Virus record (IMG/VR): IMGVR_UViG_3300027749_000098
Span: 7,421 to 71,420 of that record
DNA from: a virus
Reading direction: 5' to 3' (one strand)
DNA length: 64,000 nt
Shown here piece by piece: positions 18,027-28,300 of this stretch (position 1 is the stretch's first letter; each line of letters begins with the position of its first letter). Position numbers and translations under genes: made by a program. The notes beneath the pieces were generated by a model. That model saw only the letters and a program-made list of their open reading frames with translations, was not told the origin of the DNA and ran no database searches.

Positions 18027-18935
18027 TTAGGAATTCATAAGCGAATGTAATTTACGCATTGTAATTTTTTGTTCATTACCAAATTCATCCTGTATTTCAA
18101 CTATTGTATCCCCAGTAACGCATGCAAATTCTTGGTTAAACTGACGAGCAGAGGTATTTCTAATCGTAGTTTCTTTCCATAATTCGTCGCGTCCTGGAAC
18201 TCTAGACCAATGAATATCAACAGCTTTATAATCGCTCTTTTTACTTACCGCATCCATCCACATTTTATAGTATAAATTCATACCACGAGGAGTAGATACA
18301 ATAATAATTTTTGTTGTTTTACCTGATGAAATTACAGGATATGTTGAAGTAAAGAATTCTTCGGCTAAGTTATTATGAACGTGAGCAAATTCGTCCATAA
18401 ATACAAGGTTAAACGATCCACCACGAACAGAACTAGCAGCAGTAGAAGCCGCTAACATTTTTGATCCATTTTCTAGTTCAATACTGCCTTTGTTCCATAT
18501 AACAATACCTTGTTGTAACCACATAGGTAAATTTTCATAGGCTAATTGATATCGAGATAGAATCTCAACAGCTAACGATTTTTTATTAGCTGTTATAGCA
18601 ATATTATAATTTTCAGTAAATAATGATAACCACAAAAGATAACCAACAGATGTTGTGGTTTTACCTGATTGTCGACCAATCCTTACAATAGAAAATCTAT
18701 TTTCGTGAAATGCTTGAACCATTTCTTCTTGATAATCATGCATATCAAAATAGACAAGACCTTCATCAAGATTAATAATTTTTACATAATTACGAATAAA
18801 ATATATTGGATCGTTAACGCACTTTCTAAGTTCATCTGCTTGGTGTTGATCATATTCCCAATTTTCAATACCAGCTCTTCTTAGATTAGGGTTATCTCTA
18901 TAATATAATTTATTGCTACCCTCAAAATCAATCAT
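18027..18935 (-). CDS. gp17: Large terminase N-terminal ATPase half fused to a 31-aa N-intein
   Basis: RQSGKTT (Walker A), FMDEFAHV (Walker B), STPRGMN; ends QEFA|CVTGDTIVEI...NS*. Confidence 0.93.
   Translation of the reverse strand: MIDFEGSNKLYYRDNPNLRRAGIENWEYDQHQADELRKCVNDPIYFIRNYVKIINLDEGLVYFDMHDYQEEMVQAFHENRFSIVRIGRQSGKTTTSVGYLLWLSLFTENYNIAITANKKSLAVEILSRYQLAYENLPMWLQQGIVIWNKGSIELENGSKMLAASTAASSVRGGSFNLVFMDEFAHVHNNLAEEFFTSTYPVISSGKTTKIIIVSTPRGMNLYYKMWMDAVSKKSDYKAVDIHWSRVPGRDELWKETTIRNTSARQFNQEFACVTGDTIVEIQDEFGNEQKITMRKLHSLMNS
18030..18122 (-). mobile_element. Split intein N-fragment (IntN, 31 aa)
   Basis: CVTGDTIVEIQDEFGNEQKITMRKLHSLMNS, intein block A. Confidence 0.88.
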
Positions 18936-18938
18936 ATA

Positions 18939-19376
18939 TTATTCTTCTTTTGGTTCATTTTTAATAGATCTTATTAAATCTTTAGTTGACCCAACAAAAA
19001 CTGCATTTTTAATATTTTGCGTAACAGTTTCTTTTTTCCCTGTAATATCGCGCATTTTCTTTTGAACTTCAAGTAATTCTTTTGATGCATCAACAACCGT
19101 TTTTATCATATTACCAGCAACTTCAAAATCTCTAGCTTTTTCTGATTGCCTAGCAATAGCCAACATATCATCAATAGCTTCAGTTCCTTTTGAAATTAAA
19201 ATATCAATACTTTCTCTAGTTCTTTCATAATCAGTTTTTAGGTCATGATCTAATAAAGTAGATAAATCATGAGTTGATTGTTCTGCAGGTAAAAATTCTG
19301 CAAATTCAGTTTCTTCTTCAATCACCAATGGAGGAACATTAAATAATTCCTCCATTGTTTTATTAAATTTTGTCAT
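18939..19376 (-). CDS. gp16: Small terminase subunit
   Basis: DYERTR, ARDFEVAGNMIK, NAVFVGSTKDL. Confidence 0.9.
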   Translation of the reverse strand: MTKFNKTMEELFNVPPLVIEEETEFAEFLPAEQSTHDLSTLLDHDLKTDYERTRESIDILISKGTEAIDDMLAIARQSEKARDFEVAGNMIKTVVDASKELLEVQKKMRDITGKKETVTQNIKNAVFVGSTKDLIRSIKNEPKEE

Positions 19377-19379
19377 AAT

Positions 19380-20342
19380 TTATAGTGTATTATCTATGTA
19401 AGTTGTATTCGAAGTCCATGGACCGACAGGTGGATATACATTTGGAACAGGAACAACAGATGCTACATATGCTAATCCATTATCAGGTAATTGTCCTATA
19501 GTATATTGGGCTGTATTGAATGTAGTTGTAATTAATGAATTGTTTGCAAATGTACCAATAATATTTGTTAAAGTTAATATCTTTGTTCTTTCGTTCCAAT
19601 CATAAACAGTGCCTCTTGCAGATGCAGTATCATATGAATACCCTTGATAAACTGGTTCTCCGTGTTTGAATGTTCCAGTTCCAGAAGTTAATACAAATGC
19701 AAATATTGAACTTGGGATGTATACATTTGTGTTTGCCATCAAAATTGGTACGCGAGCAATTGGAGGTTGATAGATAAAACTTCTTGCTGTAAAAGTTAAA
19801 GTCCTAAACACAGATCGAACTGGGGAATCAAATGATCCAGTTGCGTCTTGTTCTTCTGATTCTCCATTAAATGTTACTGGTATATTTTTTATTATTCCTG
19901 CTTCCGGAACCATTGCGATTCTCATATTATAATCCGGATTAAAGTGCGTTAAAATATATTCCATTATTTGATTTGCATCTTCAACATTTCTGGTATATAA
20001 AATTAATTCAAAATTAAAGTTATATGGGATTGGCGATTTTACGAACATATCGCCGGAAGAACTACATCCAGTTAACATAACTGCAGAATTTAATTTACGA
20101 TTAACATCTATTTCCATTGATGTCAATCCATATTCAATACGGGGTAACGTTATTTGAACTTTTTCGTGTGGAATATCTAGTCTTTTTACATATTTTTCTT
20201 TGTCACCATAAATTATTGGGACAATAATACGCTCTACTTCAATTCCATTTTCATCAAATTTAACGAATGGAATATCTTTAAATAAACTAGCAAAAGATAC
20301 TGTTGTTTTTCTTATTGCTTGAAATCTATATGCTGCACTCAT
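19380..20342 (-). CDS. gp15: Tail sheath stabilizer/terminator
   Basis: IRKTTVSFASLF, VPIIYG.KEK, ITLPR, PYNFNFEL. Confidence 0.9.
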   Translation of the reverse strand: MSAAYRFQAIRKTTVSFASLFKDIPFVKFDENGIEVERIIVPIIYGDKEKYVKRLDIPHEKVQITLPRIEYGLTSMEIDVNRKLNSAVMLTGCSSSGDMFVKSPIPYNFNFELILYTRNVEDANQIMEYILTHFNPDYNMRIAMVPEAGIIKNIPVTFNGESEEQDATGSFDSPVRSVFRTLTFTARSFIYQPPIARVPILMANTNVYIPSSIFAFVLTSGTGTFKHGEPVYQGYSYDTASARGTVYDWNERTKILTLTNIIGTFANNSLITTTFNTAQYTIGQLPDNGLAYVASVVPVPNVYPPVGPWTSNTTYIDNTL

Positions 20343-20354
20343 ATTTGTTATGCC

Positions 20355-21221
20355 TTAATATTTTAAACTGCCGTAATTATCAGATACATCAACAAAACTT
20401 GATACTTCAGCTAAAAGCGGTAAATTATCAAATTGAGTTTGGTGTATTTTATCATCAACCGAAGTTAATAAATATACTGAATTACTTGTTGCGCCGACAA
20501 TATTAACAGGAGAAGTATTTGAAAATTCTCCATTAATATTCATTATAGTTAATATTGTATTTGCAGCATCCCATTCTGCAACTTCAGCGTATGCAGTATG
20601 ATTATTTGCACTGCCTTGGTAAATAGTTTCCCCAACAACAAAATCTCCAGTTCCATCTTGAACATCAAGAATTGTTTTATATGATTCAAGCAATTCAATA
20701 GAGTCAATAGATTCGATGCCAGTATCCAAACTTTCATCATTATATTTGAACGGTTCAAGAGATAACTCATAGTAAAACGGTCTTATTCTTCCTAAAGTAT
20801 ATAAATCTTTAGAAGTATTAACAAATTTAATTTCAAATAATTCGCCAGAATCTTTAAAAAATGGAATAAAAATTAAATTACCTTCTTTTGGAACCGCAAA
20901 CTGATTTCCAGTTCTTTTCATAAATTCTTTAAATGAAAACTGAATTTTTGTTTGATTTCTAACTTCTAATCCAAATTTTGAAAAAAAGTCTTGTTCATCT
21001 CCATAATCCATTGTATTGACTAGATACATATCCATTTTAAATGCTTCATTAAAATGCTTTAAAGGATCGTCTCCATAGACTAGATCTCGTCCTTCAACGT
21101 TTGAATTTGGAATATAGTAACCACTGAAGCCTTGAATGTTTATCGCCTCGTTGTAGAGATCCTCGATTAAATTTATCTCGACAGCAGGTTTACCGTAATT
21201 CTGGAAATATTTACTTGGCAT
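20355..21221 (-). CDS. gp14: Neck protein
   Basis: FFSKFGLEVRNQ, PKEGNLIFIP, LFEIKFV. Confidence 0.9.
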   Translation of the reverse strand: MPSKYFQNYGKPAVEINLIEDLYNEAINIQGFSGYYIPNSNVEGRDLVYGDDPLKHFNEAFKMDMYLVNTMDYGDEQDFFSKFGLEVRNQTKIQFSFKEFMKRTGNQFAVPKEGNLIFIPFFKDSGELFEIKFVNTSKDLYTLGRIRPFYYELSLEPFKYNDESLDTGIESIDSIELLESYKTILDVQDGTGDFVVGETIYQGSANNHTAYAEVAEWDAANTILTIMNINGEFSNTSPVNIVGATSNSVYLLTSVDDKIHQTQFDNLPLLAEVSSFVDVSDNYGSLKY

Positions 21222-21226
21222 AATAA

Positions 21227-21973
21227 TTATCCAACTAAAAATTGAACTGGTAATTCGTATCTATCTTGCATTTCAGTTTCTAGTCTTTGTATATCTGCAA
21301 ATGCTTCATCATATGTTTCTTTACCATTTAATGTCAATCCACCTGGAAGTTGTATTCCTCCAAATTTTTTCATATTATCTCCCCATTGACGTTTAAACAG
21401 CGCAGTAACATATTCCTTCAACCAGCGGTCATTATATACACTTTCAAAAGTTTCTGGATCGATTGCTTTATAACCTTCGGCAACTACCATAGAACCAACT
21501 GGTATCTGTGATGAACCCCATCCCCAATCTACATATAATCTACCAGTATGACGTTGAAATCTAATTGGAACTTCTCCAGTAAACATTTCGCTTAAATTTT
21601 GAAGATGTTGCATTGTAATAGAGAAATTGGTATAAGATGTTGATGTAAAATCATACAATTCATGTAAACGCAATTGATATCTTAAATCAAACATATTATT
21701 TTTAGTAATAGTTTCATTTAAAGCAAAGATTTTAGTAATACCTAAAATTCCTGGATCGATATTAAAATATTTTTGATCTACATCTTCTTGCGTTATAACA
21801 TGTTTCCAATAGAAAGATTCAGTTGCATCAAAATGATAATCTTGATAGAATTGAATTGCATCATCAATTCTATCTTCTAATTGGTCGTCATCAACATTGA
21901 TTGTAATGACTGGAGCGCCTAATCTTCTTAATGCATAATCTTTTAATTCGTCTCTTGATGTAACTTGAGCCAT
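21227..21973 (-). CDS. gp13: Neck protein
   Basis: LKDYALRRLGAPVITINV, WLKEYVTALFKRQWGDN, LPGGLTLNG. Confidence 0.93.
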   Translation of the reverse strand: MAQVTSRDELKDYALRRLGAPVITINVDDDQLEDRIDDAIQFYQDYHFDATESFYWKHVITQEDVDQKYFNIDPGILGITKIFALNETITKNNMFDLRYQLRLHELYDFTSTSYTNFSITMQHLQNLSEMFTGEVPIRFQRHTGRLYVDWGWGSSQIPVGSMVVAEGYKAIDPETFESVYNDRWLKEYVTALFKRQWGDNMKKFGGIQLPGGLTLNGKETYDEAFADIQRLETEMQDRYELPVQFLVG

Positions 21974-21983
21974 GTTGAAATCC

Positions 21984-22066
21984 CTTTAATATAAACTTTA
22001 TTATCTATTTATAAGAAAGGGATTAGAATTATTTATTGGTGCGTTGAAAAAATATTATTTATTAAT
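21984..22066. repeat. Direct repeat copy 1 (83 bp) containing a late promoter (22006-22013)
   Basis: Nearly identical to 23632-23713. Confidence 0.9.
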
Positions 22067-22124
22067 AATATATACAAGTAAAAGCAGTTTTTAAAATAAA
22101 ACTGCCTAAATATTGTTCACTCAT
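22062..22124 (-). pseudogene. Decayed duplicate of the 5' end of the FN3 gene, now forming a terminator-like hairpin
   Basis: MSEQYLGSFILKTAFT versus MSEQYLGGFISKTAPT; 24 bp identical (22104-22127 = 23573-23596). Confidence 0.7.
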
Positions 22125-22126
22125 TA

Positions 22127-23593
22127 TTAAATCGTTAACGCAAATGTAAATGAATGAGAAGTTCCATTTACAACAAAATTTAAACTCCACGTATATGTTC
22201 CAGGGTCATTAATTGTTACGTATGTTGATGGAGTTTGTATTATCGGTAAGAAAGCGAGATAAAACAGTAATTGCCCTGACGCATTCGCATACATATATGT
22301 TCCATCTGCAGAACCGTTATATGTCGCGCTACTCACACCTGAAAGTATAACACTTGGCGCATTAGATACGGTACTATAGTCGTCGGCAAACATTCTAAAA
22401 GTATGTGTATGAGAAGGAGAAGATGTTACATTTATATATGCTGGAACTTTAGCAAAAGGAGATACTCCGCCGACAACAATATCTACGCTATTATACCAGT
22501 TTCCATTTGTAGCCGCTGTACTACTTACACTATAAGTTGCTGATCCATAATTTACAATAGAGAAGCTATTCGGAGTTGTGTCTGCAGTTGTTGTAGATAC
22601 AGAATTTGATGTGCTTGATGCTGTACTACTTCCTACACTGTTTGTTGCTTTTACTGTAAATGTATATGCAGTTGAATATAATAACCCAGAAACAGTAATA
22701 GAACCAGAATCAGCTTGATTTATTGTTCCAGTTAAATTTCCAGGAGAACTAGTTGCGGTATAACTTGTAATTGCAGCACCTCCATTATTTGCTGGAGCAG
22801 TAAATGGCACTGTTGCTGTAAACCCTCCACCATACGCAGTTGCTGTTGAACTAACTGTTACTGTACCGATAGTTGGTGCGCCTGGAACGGTAATAGCAGT
22901 TGCTGTTACAGAATTTGATGCGCTCGATGCTGTACTAGATCCGGCGCTGTTTGTTGCTTTTACTGTAAATGTATATGCCTGCGATGCAGTTAATCCAGAA
23001 ACAGTAATAGAACCAGAATCAGCTTGATTTATTGTTCCAGTTAAATTTCCAGGAGAACTAGTTGCGGTATAACTTGTAATTGCAGCACCTCCATTTACTG
23101 CTGGAGCAGTAAATGGAACTGTTGCTGTAGTATATGATATTGTAGCTGTTCCAATAGTTGGGGCATTGGGTACAGTATATGCTGTTACAGAATTTGATGC
23201 GCTCGATGCTGCACTACTTCCTACACTATTTGTTGCTTTTACTGTAAATGTATATGCTTGCGATGCAGTTAATCCAGAAACAGTAATAGAACCAGAAGAA
23301 GCTTGATTTATTGTTCCAGTTAAATTTCCAGGAGAACTAGTTGCGGTATAACTTGTAATTGCAGCACCTCCATTTACTGCTGGAGCAGTAAATGGAACTG
23401 TTGCTGTAGTTCCATTAGAATTTAATGAAACAGTTCCTATAATCGGAGCATTTGGTGCATTTATTGCTACTGGCCAACTCCCTGCTGTTTTATATTGCGA
23501 CATTTGCGTCATCGTCCAAATACCCTGTGCCGAATTCGCTTGTACAGTAGGAGCAGTTTTTGAAATAAACCCGCCTAAATATTGTTCACTCAT
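22127..23593 (-). CDS. Virion-decoration/adhesion protein with three fibronectin type III repeats
   Basis: Three near-identical ~95-aa units P.APTIGT...FTAPA.NGGAAITSYTATSSPG...YTFTVKATN. Confidence 0.85.
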   Translation of the reverse strand: MSEQYLGGFISKTAPTVQANSAQGIWTMTQMSQYKTAGSWPVAINAPNAPIIGTVSLNSNGTTATVPFTAPAVNGGAAITSYTATSSPGNLTGTINQASSGSITVSGLTASQAYTFTVKATNSVGSSAASSASNSVTAYTVPNAPTIGTATISYTTATVPFTAPAVNGGAAITSYTATSSPGNLTGTINQADSGSITVSGLTASQAYTFTVKATNSAGSSTASSASNSVTATAITVPGAPTIGTVTVSSTATAYGGGFTATVPFTAPANNGGAAITSYTATSSPGNLTGTINQADSGSITVSGLLYSTAYTFTVKATNSVGSSTASSTSNSVSTTTADTTPNSFSIVNYGSATYSVSSTAATNGNWYNSVDIVVGGVSPFAKVPAYINVTSSPSHTHTFRMFADDYSTVSNAPSVILSGVSSATYNGSADGTYMYANASGQLLFYLAFLPIIQTPSTYVTINDPGTYTWSLNFVVNGTSHSFTFALTI

Positions 23594-23631
23594 TATAAAA
23601 TCTCCTGCAATACTGTAATCATTTGTAACCT

Positions 23632-23713
23632 CTTTAATATAAATTTATTATCTATTTATAAGAAAGGGATTAGAATTATTTATTGATGCGTTGAAAAAAT
23701 ATTATTTATTAAT
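23632..23713. repeat. Direct repeat copy 2 (82 bp) containing a late promoter (23653-23660)
   Basis: Nearly identical to 21984-22066. Confidence 0.9.
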
Positions 23714-23769
23714 TGGGTTAATTTTATCCCAATAGCCTAGCTCAAAGATTTTTATAGTAATTAGACCAA

Positions 23770-24174
23770 TTATGTTTGTTTAATCCAAGATACAGAAGGT
23801 TCGTCCCAATAATACAGCCCATCTTGTGGATAAGGTATAGGCGGTTGCCATGACATTGTGTTAATATCACCTATCCATGATGGATAAGGTTTTCTAGCCT
23901 GATGCTCTGCTTGTTTATCTGCGTTAAATTCAATCTCTGATAATATAGCAACTACTCCTGTTAAACTAGTATCTGCATCATCGTTGCATATTCCATAATA
24001 CAGTGGCATTTCAGCATAAGATCCGTCGGTATTTGTATCTATTGGGTAAATTGATTCATTTGCAAAGACAAATTGAAATCCCGTTACATCTGGAAGGGTA
24101 GGTCCGGTACGCATTGGTGCTTCTGTGCAAAGTATTTTTGTACCTGCGTCAATATTTGTTAATTGTATGTACAT
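23770..24174 (-). CDS. Tail-fibre-associated hypothetical protein
   Basis: C-terminal KPYPSW...WQPPIPYP...YYWDE...W motif, common beside phage fibre genes. Confidence 0.65.
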   Translation of the reverse strand: MYIQLTNIDAGTKILCTEAPMRTGPTLPDVTGFQFVFANESIYPIDTNTDGSYAEMPLYYGICNDDADTSLTGVVAILSEIEFNADKQAEHQARKPYPSWIGDINTMSWQPPIPYPQDGLYYWDEPSVSWIKQT

Positions 24175-24188
24175 AATTTTTTCCTGTT

Positions 24189-24941
24189 TTAAACTGGTAT
24201 CCTGCGGACGGCTCTGACATATAGGTTGCTGGACTTAGAGAAACCGCCTTGCCCGCCATCGACGAAACCACTTCCCAACGCGTAACCGCCACTAAATCCA
24301 TCAAGTTCATTAGACATCCAATAGTATGTGTATGTGTATGTTGCAAATGCTTCCGTTCCACCAGTTTTAAACGCAACAACACTCGTTTGAGCGGGTGCGT
24401 TACTGGTATAATTAGTGCTAACAGGCTCTGGAGATACTGCGTTAGGATTTGACCCTGTGGTAGTTATATTTGTATCCGTACTCGGTTTTAAGAAATAATA
24501 CAGCACTTCTAATTCATTTTGAGCTGGTAAATACCAATCTGTGTAGCCGTTTAACCCCCCCCCGCTATTTAAATTATTACAAAACGCAGCCGCTTGGTAT
24601 GACGCGCCTAACGCAGCCAATGTCGCAGTGTTTGTCGGTCCATTAATAGTAGAAAATACTCCAGTTACTGTTGAAGGTCCCCATGTTCTACTTGAGTTTT
24701 CGCCCGATGCTTTAGGAGCAACAATCAAATAATACTGTGTCCCAGATACATTAATTTTACCCCCAATAAAACCACCGCCATAGGGTGCGCCAATATTAGG
24801 GAAAACAGGACCTATGCTGGGCCACAGCGTTTGACCAACTGCTTGGAGTTGTTGACGCATAGTCCACATGCCCGTTGCGCTAGAGCCTGACGTTACTAGT
24901 GCTGTCGCTGACAGCACGCCGCCTTTATATCGCATTGACAT
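24189..24941 (-). CDS. C-type-lectin-fold (DUF1566/Lcl-like) putative receptor-binding protein
   Basis: YYLIVAP, GYTDWYLPAQNEL, YW.S.E, YVRAVRR motifs; GC-richer than its neighbours. Confidence 0.75.
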   Translation of the reverse strand: MSMRYKGGVLSATALVTSGSSATGMWTMRQQLQAVGQTLWPSIGPVFPNIGAPYGGGFIGGKINVSGTQYYLIVAPKASGENSSRTWGPSTVTGVFSTINGPTNTATLAALGASYQAAAFCNNLNSGGGLNGYTDWYLPAQNELEVLYYFLKPSTDTNITTTGSNPNAVSPEPVSTNYTSNAPAQTSVVAFKTGGTEAFATYTYTYYWMSNELDGFSGGYALGSGFVDGGQGGFSKSSNLYVRAVRRIPV

Positions 24942-24953
24942 AGAAAATTCCTA

Positions 24954-25328
24954 TTAAGAAATTGCTTCGTAGCTTGCAACAAGTTCAATTGCATTACTTG
25001 TTCCTGATGTTGCAACGACTGATTGCGTTTCAGTAACATAAAAAGCAGTAGTTTTATCAGTAATAATTAATGACGCATTAGCAGGAACTGAAATTTGATA
25101 TGCTAATCTATAATTAGTTCCTGTTCCGCCTGTTGCGCTATTAACAGCAAGAGTAATTGAAGTTGGATTTGCTGATACATTACAAGCAGTAATATTTCCA
25201 ACTTTATATACCGTTCCAGAAGCTGGAGTTAATGATGTCCAAGTAGTTGCAGTATTGGCGCTACTACATATTAAATATGTTGTATTGCCGTATATACTCT
25301 GAACAGCTGTTATATTTGGGTTTGCCAT
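24954..25328 (-). CDS. Small fibre-associated structural protein
   Basis: MANPNI...YQISVPANASL...SYEAIS; follows the fibre gene. Confidence 0.65.
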   Translation of the reverse strand: MANPNITAVQSIYGNTTYLICSSANTATTWTSLTPASGTVYKVGNITACNVSANPTSITLAVNSATGGTGTNYRLAYQISVPANASLIITDKTTAFYVTETQSVVATSGTSNAIELVASYEAIS

Positions 25329-25363
25329 AATTGTCCTTTAATTTATATAATATACGATATTTA

Positions 25364-28300
25364 TTAGAATCCCATAACCATAGCAAGAGCTATAGCTTTA
25401 CCACCCGTAAAAGTTGGAGCTGGGGCAGCTGATACCCATGTACCATTATTACTTGTTAAAATATTACCAGTGGTTCCAGGAGCAACTGTCTGAAGCGTAG
25501 AAGTTCCATTTCCTAATATAACATTATTTGCAGTTAATGTTGTAGCTCCAGTTCCGCCGTTGCCTACAGGTAAAGTTCCAGTAACATTTGTTGTTAGCGA
25601 ACAATATGTAGTTGAGGTTGACCCAGTTCCGCCGTTGCCTACAGGTAAAGTTCCAGTAACATTTGTTGTTAGCGAACAATATGTGGTTGAGGTTGATCCA
25701 GTTCCGCCATTGCCTACAGGTAAAGTTCCAGTAACATTTGTTGTTAGCGAACAATATGTGGTTGAGGTTGATCCAGTTCCGCCATTGCCTACAGGTAAAG
25801 TTCCAGTAACGCCAGTGCTTAATGGTAAATTTGTACAATTAGCAAGATGCCCTTGATATGGACTTCCTATATATGCTCCAACAAGAGTAGGATTAGTTGC
25901 AAATACTAATTTTCCTGTTCCGGTTTCGTCTGAAATTATACCAGCTAAATCGGAACTCGTTGATTGATTAAATTGCGCTAAAGTTCCAGTTGTTCTTGCA
26001 ACAGTAGAATCTACAGCTATAGTTGCTGCAGAACCGCCAATATAATTAGTTCCAGTAGACCATAATAATCCAGTTCCATTTGATAGCGCATTTAAATTAT
26101 TACCCAATGTAATACCGGAAATGGTATTTGCAGCTAATTTTGTAACTGTAATAGATCCATTTGCTATTGCTTGAGTAGTAATAGCGTTGTTTGCTATTGC
26201 TTGAGTAGTAATAGCGTTGTTTGCTATTGCTTGAGTAGTAATAGCGTTGTTTGCTATCGTTTGTGCAGTAATAGCATTATTTGCAATTAATTGTGTAGTA
26301 ATAGAATTATTTGCTATTGATGCTGCCCCTATTGCTCCCGCAGACATCATAGAAGAAGTTATAACGCCAGTATCGCCAGTAGAAATTAATGCTCCAGTAT
26401 TAGCAGAAAAAGTTAGCGTTCCCCCAGCAATTGCGCTTGGTTTAATAGTAGTTGTTCCGCTAGTTGAACCATTTAATAAAATGGTTTTTCCAGTTGCTAA
26501 CGCAAGGTTTTCTGAACTAGTCCACGCACCAGTAATATTATACCAAGTAAAAGTTTTATCTGTAGAGCCTTTTATGGTAATACCACCACCTGAGGCTGTG
26601 TTATCAGTTGCACCACCTACAGAGCCGAAAAACGCTCCAACTAATGCATTATTAATATCAGCTGTAATTTGCGTTGGAGAATCAACAGATAAAATAACTG
26701 CACTAGGTCCTGGAGATCCAGTTCCGCTAAGTTTACTGATAAGCATTCCAGGAATCATGCCGCTGCTAGATGAAACGGTTAAGACTCCACTCGAAGTAGA
26801 AATTGCTGTCATTTGCGTATTTGCAATTGCTACAACACTACCAAGAGTAAAATTTTTGTCATCAACATTTACTTCATTAGAATTAATAGTTGTCGTTGTT
26901 CCATTAACGATTAAGTTAGAAGAAACAATTAAATCTCCAGATAGAGATAAACTAGTTCCTGTTGCAGCACCGATATTTGGAGTAATTAATAGAGGAGAAT
27001 TTGCAAAGACTAGAGAACCAGTTCCAGTTTCATCGCTAATAACTCCGGCAAGTTGCGAACTAGTTGTTGATGCAAAATATCCAAGATTACTAGTATTTCT
27101 TGCAACAGTAGAATCTACAGCTATAGTTGCAGCAGAACCACCGGTATAATTAGTTCCAGTAGACCATATTAACCCAGCTCCATTTGATAGAGCATTTAAA
27201 TTACTACCAAGATAAACGCCTGATATAGTATTTGCAGCCAATTTATTCGTTGCAATAGAAGCAGTATCGCTAATATGAATGTTGGAAATTGTAGTATTGG
27301 CAATCATATTTGCTGATACTGTTCCAACACTTCCAGTCACAACAGCTGTTCCTGATTGGTTAGGAAATACAATTATATTAGTTCCGCCTGTTTCAGTTAC
27401 TTGTAATGTTACACCATTTGCGCTGTTTATATTATTAGCTAATCCTAAATTAACAATACCTCTAATTGTAGTATTAGAAGAACCTAATGCAATATTAGTT
27501 GTTCCAATTGTTACTGAAGTATTTGCTAATTTAGCGTTACTAATAGAGCCAGCCAACATAGCATTAGTAACAGTACCTGTATCACCAGTAGATATTAACG
27601 CTCCAGTATTAGCAGAAAGAGTTAAGGTTCCGCTAGCATTAGAACTGGCTTGTAATATTGTATTTCCACTTGTCGACCCAAGATAACTAATACTTGATAC
27701 ATTTGCAAGAGTAGTGTATACTGAACCTAAACTTAAAATTGACGAACCAATCGTTACTGTATTATTAGATAATTTATCACTGGTAATAGAGCCAGCCAAT
27801 TTAGAATTACTAATAGAGCCAGCCAACATAGCATTAGTAACAGTACCTGTATCACCAGTAGATATTAACGCTCCAGTATTAGCAGAAAGAGTTAAAGTTC
27901 CACCAGCAATTGCACTAGGTTGAACAGTAGTTGTTCCTGATGCAGAACCATTTAATAGAATAGTTTTTCCAGTTGCTAATGCTAGATTTTCTGAACTAGT
28001 CCAAGCACCAGTTGCATTATACCAGTTAAAAGTTTTATCCCCTGTTCCTGTAGTGCTTTTTACAGTAATACCACCACCATTAGCTGTAAAGTCAGTTGCA
28101 GCACCAACAGAACCAGTAAACTGCCCAGCACCAAGGTTATTTACACTAAGTGTCAATTGAGTTGGTGAATCAATTGACAAAATAATTGCTCCTACTCCTG
28201 GAGTTCCTGTTCCAGTTGATTTAGAAACAGACATACCTGGAATCATACTTGTAGTTGTTGTACCAGATACAGTTACTACTGAATTTGAAGTTCCTAATGC

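Noticed and set aside
25548-25810. Regular repeats as a possible CRISPR array
   Set aside because: 75-bp in-frame tandem units with no unique spacers; they encode a fibre motif
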